From: Candidatus Rokuibacteriota bacterium
GTDB lineage: Bacteria; Methylomirabilota; Methylomirabilia; Rokubacteriales; CSP1-6
Reading direction: 5' to 3'
Assembly: GCA_003221515.1 (NCBI GenBank)
Contig: QHSI01000133.1
Span: forward strand, 3,530 to 67,529
DNA: 64,000 bases
In this document: one piece after another, positions 15,801 through 25,002 of the stretch
How positions within the stretch are numbered: the first letter of the stretch is position 1
How the letters are laid out: every line of letters starts with the position of its first letter
The notes under the pieces: generated by a model
Databases searched by the model: none
What the model was told of the DNA's origin: nothing
What the model saw: only the letters and a program-made list of their open reading frames with translations
Made by a program: the position numbers and the translations under genes

Positions 15801-17750
15801 CTACGCTTTATTGCCCCAGAGGCTCTTGGAAAGCCAGTCCAGCCCGAGGTCCTTCAGCGTCTTGGGCAGGGGCTTGCCGGTCTTGCGGTCGAATCCGACC
15901 TCGGAGTACCAGGTATCGAGCATTTTCTCCCACTGGGCCCGGATGGCCTGGCCCTTGGCCGGCCCGTCCACCGGCGTGGAGCCGTAGCGCGTCGACGGAT
16001 ACTCCATCGCGCCCGTGTGACCGCAGCGGAGCGCGGTGGCGCGATTGATGACGGCGGTGCGCTTCCCGAACCGAAGCGCCTCGTCGACCGTGAAGGCCCA
16101 GCCCGTCGCCGCCGACAGCGCGCGACAAACGTGCTCGAGCCGGGTCCGTGACGTGAAGATGCAGATGCCGAGCGAGTCCTCGAAGCTCCGACGCCCGCGC
16201 AGCCCGGCAACGTACTTGGCCACCTGCTCGCCGTCGAAAGGATTGATTCGCGCGGGCTGGCCGATCTCGGTCGGGTGGACGGGGTTGCCGGTTTCCATCG
16301 TCGCCGTGGAGGACGTGCAGGTGTCGAGCATCTCCTCCCAACGAGAGCGGTGATCGTGGCCGCGCGGCGTGGCGCCCTTCTCGATGTAGATCGCGCACTC
16401 CTTGGCCGGCCCGCCGAGCTTCTCAGCGGCGCGCTTGACGCCCTCGGCCAAGACGTTCCCGAAGCCTTCGCGACGGCTGACCATCTGGAGCAAACGGTGC
16501 GCGCCCTTGACGTCGCCCCACTTGAGCTCGAAGCCGAGCTGCTCACGGGTGATGTAGCCCTTCTCCTGGCACTCCATGACCCAGCCGCACAGCCAGCCCC
16601 ATTCGTTGACATCGACACAGGCCCGATCGCACTCGGTGTTGAGCCACGCGACGCTGTCGCGGTCGGCCGCCCCGATCGCCCAGCCGCACCCGGACCAACC
16701 TTCGTACTCCGGCTCGTCGACGATCTTGCCCTTCTGATCGCCGTGGCGGATGACGGACATGTGGCAGTGGTGCATGCCACACGCGTTGCACTGGTGGCCG
16801 CGGTGGTCGAAGTTCTCGCGGAGCTTCGGCGCCTCCCACACGCTCAGGTCGGCGCCGGCCACGTTCGACGTCAGGTTGGTCGTATAGTTCTTGATCGGCA
16901 GCGCGCCCATCTTCGAGAGGTTCACCACGCCCGGCAGCGTCCCGTACTCGTACAGCGAGCGCGCGGAGGCGTCAGTGCGCAGATCGTGGGCGATCTCGTC
17001 GGCGGCCTGCACCACGCCGCGCGGATCGGCGGCGCGCAGCGACTTCGTCCCCTTCACGATCGCGACCGCCTTGAGCCGCTTCTTGCCCATGACGGCGCCG
17101 CAGCCGTTCTTGGACGCGACATGGCCGTAGTCGCCCTGGATAGCGGCGAAGCGCACGAGGTTCTCGCCGGCGGGACCGATCGAGTAGACCGAGAGCTGGT
17201 GGCCCGCGAGCCCCGTTTCCTTGTAGAGCGCTCCCTGCGTCTCCCACGTGTCGAGACCGACCAGCGAGCGCGCGTCGCGCAGCTCCACGACATCGTCGTT
17301 GATGTACAGATAGAGCCAGTCCTTGGATTGGCCCTGGACGATGATCGCGTCGTATCCGCAGTACTTCAGATTGGTACCGAAGAAGCCGTTGGCCTGCGTC
17401 GAGGTGGGGCCGTTGGTCCCGGCGCCGATCGTGCACACGGTGAGACCGCCCGTGCCCCACACTGGCAGGCCGGCCAGCGGTCCCGTCGCCAGTACGAGCC
17501 GGTTGTCGGGATGGTCCCAGGAGACGTTGCCCTTGCCATCTCTGGTCGCGGTCTCGCGGTAGAGGATCATCGCGCCGAGGCCGACGCCCCCGATGAGCTC
17601 CCGCATCGTCTCGGGACTCCACGGCTCGGCGCGGCAGGTGCGGCGCGTGAGATCCACGCGCAGGAGGTTGCCGGCGTAGCCGCCGGGGCGCGCGGTCGCC
17701 GCGGACTTCGTCGTGGGCTTCGCAGGTGCGGTCGAGGTCGCTGGAGTCAT
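15801..17750 (-). CDS. aor: aldehyde:ferredoxin oxidoreductase (tungsten-type AOR family)
   Basis: ORF 15801..17750; AOR N-domain motif GYAGNLLRVDLT, cluster-ligand region CNACGMHHCH, AOR C-domains; N-terminal 20-aa S/T/A/P-rich extension; ATGA overlap with upstream gene. Confidence 0.9.
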   Translation of the reverse strand: MTPATSTAPAKPTTKSAATARPGGYAGNLLRVDLTRRTCRAEPWSPETMRELIGGVGLGAMILYRETATRDGKGNVSWDHPDNRLVLATGPLAGLPVWGTGGLTVCTIGAGTNGPTSTQANGFFGTNLKYCGYDAIIVQGQSKDWLYLYINDDVVELRDARSLVGLDTWETQGALYKETGLAGHQLSVYSIGPAGENLVRFAAIQGDYGHVASKNGCGAVMGKKRLKAVAIVKGTKSLRAADPRGVVQAADEIAHDLRTDASARSLYEYGTLPGVVNLSKMGALPIKNYTTNLTSNVAGADLSVWEAPKLRENFDHRGHQCNACGMHHCHMSVIRHGDQKGKIVDEPEYEGWSGCGWAIGAADRDSVAWLNTECDRACVDVNEWGWLCGWVMECQEKGYITREQLGFELKWGDVKGAHRLLQMVSRREGFGNVLAEGVKRAAEKLGGPAKECAIYIEKGATPRGHDHRSRWEEMLDTCTSSTATMETGNPVHPTEIGQPARINPFDGEQVAKYVAGLRGRRSFEDSLGICIFTSRTRLEHVCRALSAATGWAFTVDEALRFGKRTAVINRATALRCGHTGAMEYPSTRYGSTPVDGPAKGQAIRAQWEKMLDTWYSEVGFDRKTGKPLPKTLKDLGLDWLSKSLWGNKA

Positions 17751-19075
17751 ACGGCCACCGGGGTCTCCCCGGGCGCCTTCGATGGGCGCCCCAGCACGGT
17801 TTCGGGAAGCAGCGTGCTCGTGGTTTTCGCCGCGATGAACGCCGGCTTGACGTCGAACGGATTCTTCTTGAGGTACGCCTTCCAGCGCCCGAGGCTGACG
17901 CCGGACTGCACGAGGCCCTTGAGCATCCCCACGTCATTGACGGTCCAGATGTCGCTCGACCGCCCGAGGATGATCGCGCCGGTCAGCCGGTCGCCCCGCC
18001 AGAGCAGCTTGCGGTAGGCGGGCCGATCCGCCTTGACGCTGCTGGCCGCTTCGGCGCCGGTGTCGTCCCACGCGCCGAAGGAGGCCACGTCGAGGTGGCA
18101 CACCTCCACGATGTTGATGATGAGGCTGCCGCGATACCGCACGTTCTTGCCGGCCATGTTGGCGCCGACGATGCGGCCATGCTCCTGCGCGGTGGGCTCG
18201 ATCGCGTGCACCGCGGCCTTCTGCGAGATCAGGTCGCGGCCCTCGGCGACGTCGCCGGCGGCGTAGACGTTCGGGACGCTCGAACGCAGGTACTCGTCGA
18301 CGACGATGCCCTGGTTGACCTTCACGGGAGAGCCCTTGAGCCACTCGAGATTTGTCTTGATCCCGGTGGCCATGATGACCACGTCGCACACCAGATCGCC
18401 GCCGGCCGCGAACTTGAGCCGCCTTCTGCCCTTCACATCCTCGATGCGCGCGACCTTCGCGCCGGTGCGGACCGCGACGCCGTGCTCCTTGAGCCACGCC
18501 TGGACGAGCGCGGCGCCGGTGTCGTCGATCATGCGCGGCAAGATGCGGGGCGCGATCTCGACGATCGTCAGCTTGGCGCCGAGCGACAGGATCGAGTTCA
18601 GGATCGTGAACGCGATGAAGCCGGCGCCGACCATCACCACGTGGCTGCCCGGCTGGATCTGCGCGATCACGCCGCGGGCCTCGTCGAGCGTCCAGAACGA
18701 ATGCACGCCTCGCCCGTCGGCGCCCGGCACCGGCGCGCGGACCGCCGACGAGCCGGTGGCGATCAGGCAGTCGTCGTAAGGGATCGTGGTGCCGTCGTCG
18801 AGGGTGCACGCGCTCGCGGACGTGTCGAGCGCCGTGACGCGCTTGCCGAGGTGCGCCGTCACGCCCCAGTCGGCGAGCACCTTGCCCGTCGCGGTGAAGA
18901 CATGCGACTCGGCGATCGACCGATCGAGGTAGTACGGCAGGACCATCCGCGAGTACGGCCGCTCGGCACTCACCAGCGTGATCGACGAGCGCTCGGACTC
19001 CTCTTCGCGGATCGTCCGGATGGCGTTCATGCCGGCGGTGCCCCCGCCGATGACCAGGTGTCGGGCGGCCATCAC
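17747..19075 (-). CDS. FAD-dependent pyridine nucleotide-disulfide oxidoreductase (ferredoxin:NAD(P) reductase-like)
   Basis: ORF 17747..19075; two Rossmann motifs (VIGGGTAG, MVGAGFIA); ATGA overlap with polyferredoxin gene. Confidence 0.85.
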   Translation of the reverse strand: MMAARHLVIGGGTAGMNAIRTIREEESERSSITLVSAERPYSRMVLPYYLDRSIAESHVFTATGKVLADWGVTAHLGKRVTALDTSASACTLDDGTTIPYDDCLIATGSSAVRAPVPGADGRGVHSFWTLDEARGVIAQIQPGSHVVMVGAGFIAFTILNSILSLGAKLTIVEIAPRILPRMIDDTGAALVQAWLKEHGVAVRTGAKVARIEDVKGRRRLKFAAGGDLVCDVVIMATGIKTNLEWLKGSPVKVNQGIVVDEYLRSSVPNVYAAGDVAEGRDLISQKAAVHAIEPTAQEHGRIVGANMAGKNVRYRGSLIINIVEVCHLDVASFGAWDDTGAEAASSVKADRPAYRKLLWRGDRLTGAIILGRSSDIWTVNDVGMLKGLVQSGVSLGRWKAYLKKNPFDVKPAFIAAKTTSTLLPETVLGRPSKAPGETPVAV

Positions 19076-19542
19076 CGGGCCTCCGCCAGGACGCGCGCCG
19101 TCCGCTCGACGGCGAAGTCACCCAGCCAGTCGGCGGTGGCGACGTCCTCGTAGGTGATCGCCGCGGTCGGGCACGCCTCGGCGCACGCCGGGGCGCCGCC
19201 GCAGAGATTGCACTTGAAGGCCTTGCGCGTCGCCGGATCGTAGAACATCGTCCCGTAAGGACAGGCGATCGTGCAGAGCTTGCAGCCGACGCACTTGTCG
19301 TCGAGGACGTCCTTGGCGCCGACCGCGTTGATGGTGATCGCGCCCACCGGGCAAGCGGTCATGCACCATCCTTCCGCGCACTGCGGGCAGGTGTAGGGCG
19401 CATAGGAGGTGTGCCCCTCGAACGGCGAGACGCGGATCACCGACTTGGCGGGTTGGTACTCACCCGTCTGCATGTACGAGCAGGCGAGCTCGCAACGCAA
19501 GCAGCCCGTGCACTTTTCCGGATGGAGTTTGAGAACGCTCAC
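19072..19542 (-). CDS. polyferredoxin (multiple 4Fe-4S clusters)
   Basis: ORF 19072..19542; several CxxCxxCxxxCP motifs (CTGCLRCELAC, CPQCAEGWCMTACP, CVGCKLCTIACP, CNLCGG...CAEACP). Confidence 0.85.
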   Translation of the reverse strand: MSVLKLHPEKCTGCLRCELACSYMQTGEYQPAKSVIRVSPFEGHTSYAPYTCPQCAEGWCMTACPVGAITINAVGAKDVLDDKCVGCKLCTIACPYGTMFYDPATRKAFKCNLCGGAPACAEACPTAAITYEDVATADWLGDFAVERTARVLAEAR

Positions 19543-19742
19543 CGTTTCTTCCTCTCGTCACGCTTTCGTGGAGTCGAGCCCTCGAGCTGGTCCAGTCCGG
19601 GCGGCCGCGGAGAACCTTGGTCCCATTCGGACAGCGTGCTCAGCATCACGGACGTCGCCACCGCCGCTCCTCTCGCGCGCGCCCGGCTCGGCGTCGCGGT
19701 GCGAGTATAGCAGCCGACATTTCCGATTTGAAGCGCGGGCAA

Positions 19743-20645
19743 TCACACCGGCGCCTGCCCGCTCGATGGCTTCAGGAACACGTAGACGGATGAGAAGTCC
19801 TTGCGGCCCAGGCCGTGAGACGAGGCGAGCCTGAGCACCTGCTGCGCCGCCGGCGCCACCACGACCGGCACGCGCAGGTCGCGCGCCGCGTTCACCGCCA
19901 GCCCGAGATCCTTGGCCATCAGGTCGGTGGTGAAGCCCGGCGCGTAGTCGCGGCTCGAGGGCGCCTTCGCGACCAGACCACCCACCGGATGCATGTGCTC
20001 CATCACCCACGTGTTCCCGGACGACTTCGAGATCACGTCGGTCAGGATCTTCGGATCCACGCCGAACCCCTCCGCGATCCGGAACGCCTCGCTGACCGCG
20101 ACCGCGGCGACGCCGGCGATCAGGTTGTTGCAGAGCTTCGCGACCTCGCCCGAGCCCACCGGCCCGACGTGGATGATGTTGGCGCCCATCGCCGCCAGCA
20201 CCGGCCGCGCTTCATCGACGTCGCGCGGGTCCCCACCGACCATGATCGCCAGCGTGCCGTCTTCGGCGCGAGGCACGCCGCCCGACACGGGCGCGTCGAT
20301 GAATCGCACGCCGCGCTTGCCGGCGGCGTCGGCCACCCGTCGCGAAACGCTCGGATCGATCGTGGACATGTCGATGCAGAGACGACCGGCGACGGCGCCC
20401 TCGAGGACGCCGCCCGAACCGAGGTACGCCGTCTCCACGTGTGAGGACGATGGAAGCATCGTGATCACGAGGTCGCCCTCGCGCGCCGCCGCCGACGACG
20501 ACGACGCCCTGGCGGCGCCGAGCCTGGCGGCGGCGGTGAGCGCATCGTCCACCACGTCGTAGGCGACGACGCCGTGTCCCTTCTTCACGAGGTTCGCGAG
20601 CATCGGCCGGCCCATCGCGCCGGTCCCCACGAATGCGATCTTCAT
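19743..20645 (-). CDS. NAD(P)-dependent 3-hydroxyisobutyrate dehydrogenase family, paralog 2
   Basis: In-frame part of ORF 19743..20666 from ATG 20645; MKIAFVGTGAMGRPMLANL. Confidence 0.85.
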   Translation of the reverse strand: MKIAFVGTGAMGRPMLANLVKKGHGVVAYDVVDDALTAAARLGAARASSSSAAAREGDLVITMLPSSSHVETAYLGSGGVLEGAVAGRLCIDMSTIDPSVSRRVADAAGKRGVRFIDAPVSGGVPRAEDGTLAIMVGGDPRDVDEARPVLAAMGANIIHVGPVGSGEVAKLCNNLIAGVAAVAVSEAFRIAEGFGVDPKILTDVISKSSGNTWVMEHMHPVGGLVAKAPSSRDYAPGFTTDLMAKDLGLAVNAARDLRVPVVVAPAAQQVLRLASSHGLGRKDFSSVYVFLKPSSGQAPV

Positions 20646-20690
20646 CGGCGAATCCCCTTTGTTCATCGCGGCACCGCCTTGTTCATCGCC

Positions 20691-20740
20691 GCGCCTCGGC
20701 CGGCGGGGCCCCAGCCCCGCGACGGCCTGCAGCGCGCACC
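20691..20740 (+). repeat. REP-like element, copy 2
   Basis: gcgcctcggccggcggggccccagccccgcgacggcctgcagcgcgcacc in the divergent intergenic region; preceded by a duplicated GTTCATCGC (20661-20669, 20681-20689) plus a duplicated element-end fragment gcaccgcctt. Confidence 0.65.
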
Positions 20741-20766
20741 GCCTTCGTCGTTGCGCCGCGTGCTCG

Positions 20767-21705
20767 ATGTCGGCACGCGCGCGCTATGATCGCGACGTGC
20801 GCCGAGCCCGTCAAGCCCCCGCGAGCGCCGGCGGTCTCGCCCTCATCGCGCTCGCCGCGGTCTCGTGGGGGACGAGCGGCTCGGTGATGACGGTGCTGGC
20901 CGCGCGGGCGGCCGCGAGTCCCCTCCTGGTGGGCGTCGCCCGTCTCTGGGTCGCCGCCATTCTGTTGCTGCTCGCCGCGGCCGCGAGTCGCCAATCGCTC
21001 GCCGCGGCAACGGCGGGCGACCGCTGGCGCTGGCTCGCGATGGGCGCGTGCATGGCGGGCTACCAGGCCGCGTACTTCACGGCCGTGACGCTCAGTGGAA
21101 TCACGACCACCGCGCTCGTTGCGATCTGCTCGGCGCCGCTCATCATCGCCGCCCTTGCGCCCTGGCTGCTCGGCGAGCGCCTCACGACGCGCGCGCGTCT
21201 CGCGCTCGGGCTGGGCGTGACGGGCACGGCGCTCCTCGTCTCGGCGCCGGCCACGGTGAGCGACGGATCCGCGCGATTCCTCGCGGGCGCGCTCCTCGCG
21301 CTCATCGCGGGCCTGGCGTACGCGCTCTTCGTGCTGACGGCCAAGGCCGGCCTGGCTCGGACCGCGCCGCTCCCGCTGACCGCGCTCACCTTCGCTGCCG
21401 GCGCTGTGCTCCTCACGCCGGCCCTGCTCTGGACAGACGCACCGGGGCGCCAGCTGGCCATCGGCTGGCCGTGGCTCCTCTATCTGGGCGGCGTCGCGAC
21501 CGCTGGCGCCTACGGCGCCTACACGGTGGGACTGGGACGGGTGCCGGCGTCGATCGCGGGGATCGTGACACTGCTCGAGCCCTTGACCGCGACGATCCTC
21601 GGCGTGGCGCTCTTCGGCGAGAGGCTCGGCGCTCCCGCCGTCGTCGGCGCCGGGCTGCTCGTTGGCGCGCTCGGCCTGCTGCTCAGCGACGGCGAGGCGC
21701 GCTGA
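20767..21705 (+). CDS. EamA/DMT family transporter (10 TM)
   Basis: In-frame part of ORF 20659..21705 from ATG 20767; hydrophobic throughout with two EamA-like halves. Confidence 0.75.
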   Translation: MSARARYDRDVRRARQAPASAGGLALIALAAVSWGTSGSVMTVLAARAAASPLLVGVARLWVAAILLLLAAAASRQSLAAATAGDRWRWLAMGACMAGYQAAYFTAVTLSGITTTALVAICSAPLIIAALAPWLLGERLTTRARLALGLGVTGTALLVSAPATVSDGSARFLAGALLALIAGLAYALFVLTAKAGLARTAPLPLTALTFAAGAVLLTPALLWTDAPGRQLAIGWPWLLYLGGVATAGAYGAYTVGLGRVPASIAGIVTLLEPLTATILGVALFGERLGAPAVVGAGLLVGALGLLLSDGEAR

Positions 21706-21714
21706 GCGCGAGGG

Positions 21715-23319
21715 TCACAGCGGCTGGATCGGCCGCGTGACCGCGCGACTGAACGTGCAGTTCGGCACGACCGCGGAGTGCTTGCCCGGTCCGCCCGCGA
21801 CGATGACCATGACGTCCTCCGGCGACGGCACCTGCGGCAGGAGCGCGTCGTCGTCGGTGACCGCGTGCATCCAGCGCGGCCAGTCCTGAATGCCCCACAT
21901 GCCGCCGAGCTTCAGCGTTCGAAGCGGCAGGCGCGCGTGCTCGAAGACGAATCGCTGAACGTCCGCCCGGCTGAAGCCGTCACCCGCGATCGTTCGCGCG
22001 TGCTCGGGGCCGAGCACGATCAGCAGCTGACTCTGCGAGAAATACCAGCCCACGTTCGATCCGAGTGAGACGGCGGTGTCGGCGACGGTCGCGAGGATCC
22101 CCGCGGCGGTCGTCGACACGTGATCGTTCACGTTGTGCGGCGGCTCGCCGCCGAACACGGTCACCGCGCGGTCGGCGTGGAGCGGTCCCCACGGCACGTC
22201 ATCGCGCTCGGCGATGCAATACGAAAACTTCGCGGGACTCCCCTGGGTCGCCATGTCGTAACGGCCGGGCCAGGCGCCGCCGACGTTGAGCATGATCAAC
22301 CGGATCGCGCGGCCGATCGTCGCGTTGGCGCGGAAGCCCGGGCCGAAGCAGCCGCTACCCGCGTGCACGCCAAGCTCGTGCGCGGCCGGGCCGTGCACGA
22401 TCAGGAGCGGGGCGACCGGATGGGTCGTCGCCTGGACGCCGTAGAGGTTGAACGAGGGATCGAGCATCGCTTGCACCGCGGCCACGATCACGGGGAAGGA
22501 CGACGGCTCGCAGCCCGCCATCACCGCGTTGACGGCGAGCTTCTCGAGCGTCGCTTGACGCCAGAGCGGCGGCATCGCGCCCAGCGATCGCTGCGCGGCC
22601 GCGCCGCCCAGCATCGTTCGCACCCGCTCCTCGGTCGGTGGCACGATCGGCAACCCGTCGCACCACTCGCGCTCGCAAAACGCGGCCAGAATCGCTTCCG
22701 GTGTATCCAGTGTCTCGAGCGTCTCGGGTAAGATCGGGCGTGCGGAGCCGCGAGGCACCTCTCTCGGGCCACCCTCGGTAGAAGCCGGCCCTGCACCCCG
22801 TATCAGGGCGGCGAGCTGGTCAGTCGCCTGGCGAGCGCGGCGCGAGACTCCGTCGCTGCGCTCGCCGCCGAGCGGGTGCTCCACGAAGACCATGGGCAGG
22901 CCGGTGATGCCGAGGGCGCCGAGCTCGCTCACCGCGAGTCCTCGGAAGGTCGTCGTCCCGATCACACCGGACGGCGTGCCCGCCTTCGCCAGCTCGATGG
23001 CGTCGTGGAGACTCCACGACGTGCAGGACCCTCAGTCAGCCGAGCCGGCGAAGACGACGTCGCAGTCCTTCGCCAGGCCCGCCAGGATCTCCGGGGCGGC
23101 CGGCGTCGAGGCGTTGGCCTTGCGGCGCCGGATCACGGCCTTGACGCCGTGCTCGGCTCGCAGGAACGCACCGATCTCGTCGGCGAGCCGATCGAAATTC
23201 GCTTTCGTGTTGTCGAGGAAGCCGACCGTGCGGCCGGCGAGGGATCCGGGTAACGTCGGTACGCTCAGAGTTTCTCCGACGGTGACGCCGATCGGGCTCA
23301 AGACTCGAATGACGGTCAT
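21715..23319 (-). CDS. candidate selenoprotein: single ~534-codon frame with in-frame UGA (23032-23034) in a U-G-S-C motif (UGSC-type / UxxC redox motif)
   Basis: ORF-track pieces 23032..23319 (95 aa) and 21715..22965 (416 aa) are in the same frame; only interruption is TGA; context ...CDVVFAGSAD-U-GSCTSWSLHDAIELAKAG...; the 66-nt bridge has coding-type GC3 bias; perfect hairpin begins 11 nt 3' of UGA; ATG 23319 overlaps stop of upstream small ORF (ATGA). Confidence 0.5.
23001..23021 (-). other. SECIS-like stem-loop immediately 3' of the in-frame UGA
   Basis: cgtcgtggag-a-ctccacgacg perfect inverted repeat (about 8-bp stem, loop AGUCU on the mRNA) starting 11 nt downstream of UGA, the spacing used by bacterial SECIS elements. 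Confidence 0.45.
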
Positions 23320-23534
23320 GACGATCTCCGCTTGACGCCAGTTGATCGGGCCAGCAGGCGCCCGAGGTTTTCGTGGAGCTCGGCCAGCACCGTTCGCTTG
23401 ATCGACACCGAGACGGAGTCGACGGGCTCCGTGCTGTCCTCACGATGGATGACGAGCGTGCCGGTGAATCGCTCGGCGCGCTCGTCGGTCGACGCCAGAC
23501 CTCTCAATGTCAGGATTTCCCAGCTTTCCGCCAT
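23316..23534 (-). CDS. small hypothetical protein (72 aa) translationally coupled to the candidate selenoprotein
   Basis: ORF 23316..23534; stop overlaps downstream start (ATGA); no recognised motif. Confidence 0.4.
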   Translation of the reverse strand: MAESWEILTLRGLASTDERAERFTGTLVIHREDSTEPVDSVSVSIKRTVLAELHENLGRLLARSTGVKRRSS

Positions 23535-23552
23535 GGGCGCTATCTTACCCTA

Positions 23553-24995
23553 GTGGTGATCGCGCTCGACGTCGGGACCTCGTCGGCCCGGGCCGCGCTC
23601 TTCGACGAAAGAGGGCGCCCCCTCCCCGGGCGATCGCATCAGGTGCCCTATTCACCCGCGGTGACGCCCGATGGCGGTGTCGAGCACGACGCGGCGCGAC
23701 TGCTCGACGCGGTCGCTGCGTGCCTCGACGGGGTGCACCCGAATCGGCCGCCCGCCGAGACGCGCGCCGTCGGTGTGACCACGTTCTGGCACGGGCTGCT
23801 CGGATTCGACGCGAGCGGCCGGCCGATCACGCCGGTCTACATGTGGGGCGACACGCGGAGCGCCCGCGACGCGCAGCTGCTCCGCGGGGCACTCGACGAC
23901 GACGCGCTCCACGGACGCACGGGCTGTCATCTGCATTCCTCGTACTGGCCGGCGAAGCTCCGATGGCTCGCGCGCGAGCGCCCGACCGAATCTCGGCGCG
24001 TCGCGCGCTGGGGCTCCTTCGGCGAGTTTCTCGAGCTCGCGCTCTTCGGCGAGGCGACGACGAGCGTCTCGATGGCGTCGGCCACCGGGCTCTTTGATCA
24101 GTCGGCCGGACGCTGGGATGCCGAAGCCCTGGCCGCGGCCGAGATCGACGAGCGGCATCTCTTTCGCCTCGCCGGCCGCGCGGAGCCTCGCCGAGGCCTG
24201 CGAGCGCCCTGGGCAGGGCGATGGCCGGCGTTGAGATCCGCGAGCTGGTTCTCGGCGGTCGGCGACGGCGCGGCCAGCAACGTGGGCTCGGATTGCGTCG
24301 ACCCGACGCGCATCGCGCTCAACGTCGGTACGTCCGCCGCGATGAGAGTCGTGACCCGCGAGCCAGGGGTCCCGCCGCGCGGCCTCTGGCGGTATCGCGT
24401 CGATGGCCGACGCGCCGTGGTCGGCGGCGCGACTTCGGAAGGCGGGAACGTCTATGCCTGGTGTCGCCGAACCCTACAGTTGGCGCCCGACGAGGAGGTC
24501 GAGGCCGCACTCGCCGCGTTGCCGCCGGACGGTCACGGCCTGACTGTGCTCCCGCACCTGGCGGGCGAACGGTCGCCCGGATGGCGCGGCGACCGGCGGG
24601 GAGCGATCGGCGGCCTGCGTTTGGACACGACAGGTGTCGAGATCTTGCGAGCCGCCCTCGAGGCCGTGGCCCTGCGGCTCGCCATGGTCTACGAATTGAT
24701 CGCGCCCTGCGCAGCGGGCGATCACACGATCGTGGCCTCTGGGGCTGCGCTCGGACGCTCTCGCGCCTGGACCCAGATCGTGGCCGACGCCCTCGGACGC
24801 ACCATCACGTGGTCATCGGAGCCCGAAGCCACAAGCCGCGGGGCCGCGCTGCTCACGCTCGAAGCACTCGGCGTGCTGCCGGACCTCGCCACCGCCCGCC
24901 AGCCGCTGGGTGAGGCGTTCACACCCGACCGGGCCCGCCACGCGCGCTACCGCGATGCGCTAGAGCGACAACGCCGCTTCGACGAGAGGGTATGA
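23553..24995 (+). CDS. FGGY-family carbohydrate kinase (gluconokinase-like)
   Basis: In-frame part of ORF 23373..24995 from GTG 23553 (VVIALDVGTSSARAALFD typical FGGY N-terminus); FGGY C-terminal domain motifs. Confidence 0.8.
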   Translation: MVIALDVGTSSARAALFDERGRPLPGRSHQVPYSPAVTPDGGVEHDAARLLDAVAACLDGVHPNRPPAETRAVGVTTFWHGLLGFDASGRPITPVYMWGDTRSARDAQLLRGALDDDALHGRTGCHLHSSYWPAKLRWLARERPTESRRVARWGSFGEFLELALFGEATTSVSMASATGLFDQSAGRWDAEALAAAEIDERHLFRLAGRAEPRRGLRAPWAGRWPALRSASWFSAVGDGAASNVGSDCVDPTRIALNVGTSAAMRVVTREPGVPPRGLWRYRVDGRRAVVGGATSEGGNVYAWCRRTLQLAPDEEVEAALAALPPDGHGLTVLPHLAGERSPGWRGDRRGAIGGLRLDTTGVEILRAALEAVALRLAMVYELIAPCAAGDHTIVASGAALGRSRAWTQIVADALGRTITWSSEPEATSRGAALLTLEALGVLPDLATARQPLGEAFTPDRARHARYRDALERQRRFDERV

Positions 24996-25002
24996 TCAAC
25001 GT

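Noticed and set aside
23032-23034. TGA at 23032 as an ordinary stop separating a 95-aa gene from a downstream gene starting at GTG 22965
   Set aside because: Not fully excluded. Disfavoured because the 66-nt gap is in-frame with both ORFs, shows coding-type GC3 bias, encodes a UxxC motif, and is followed at the canonical distance by a perfect hairpin.
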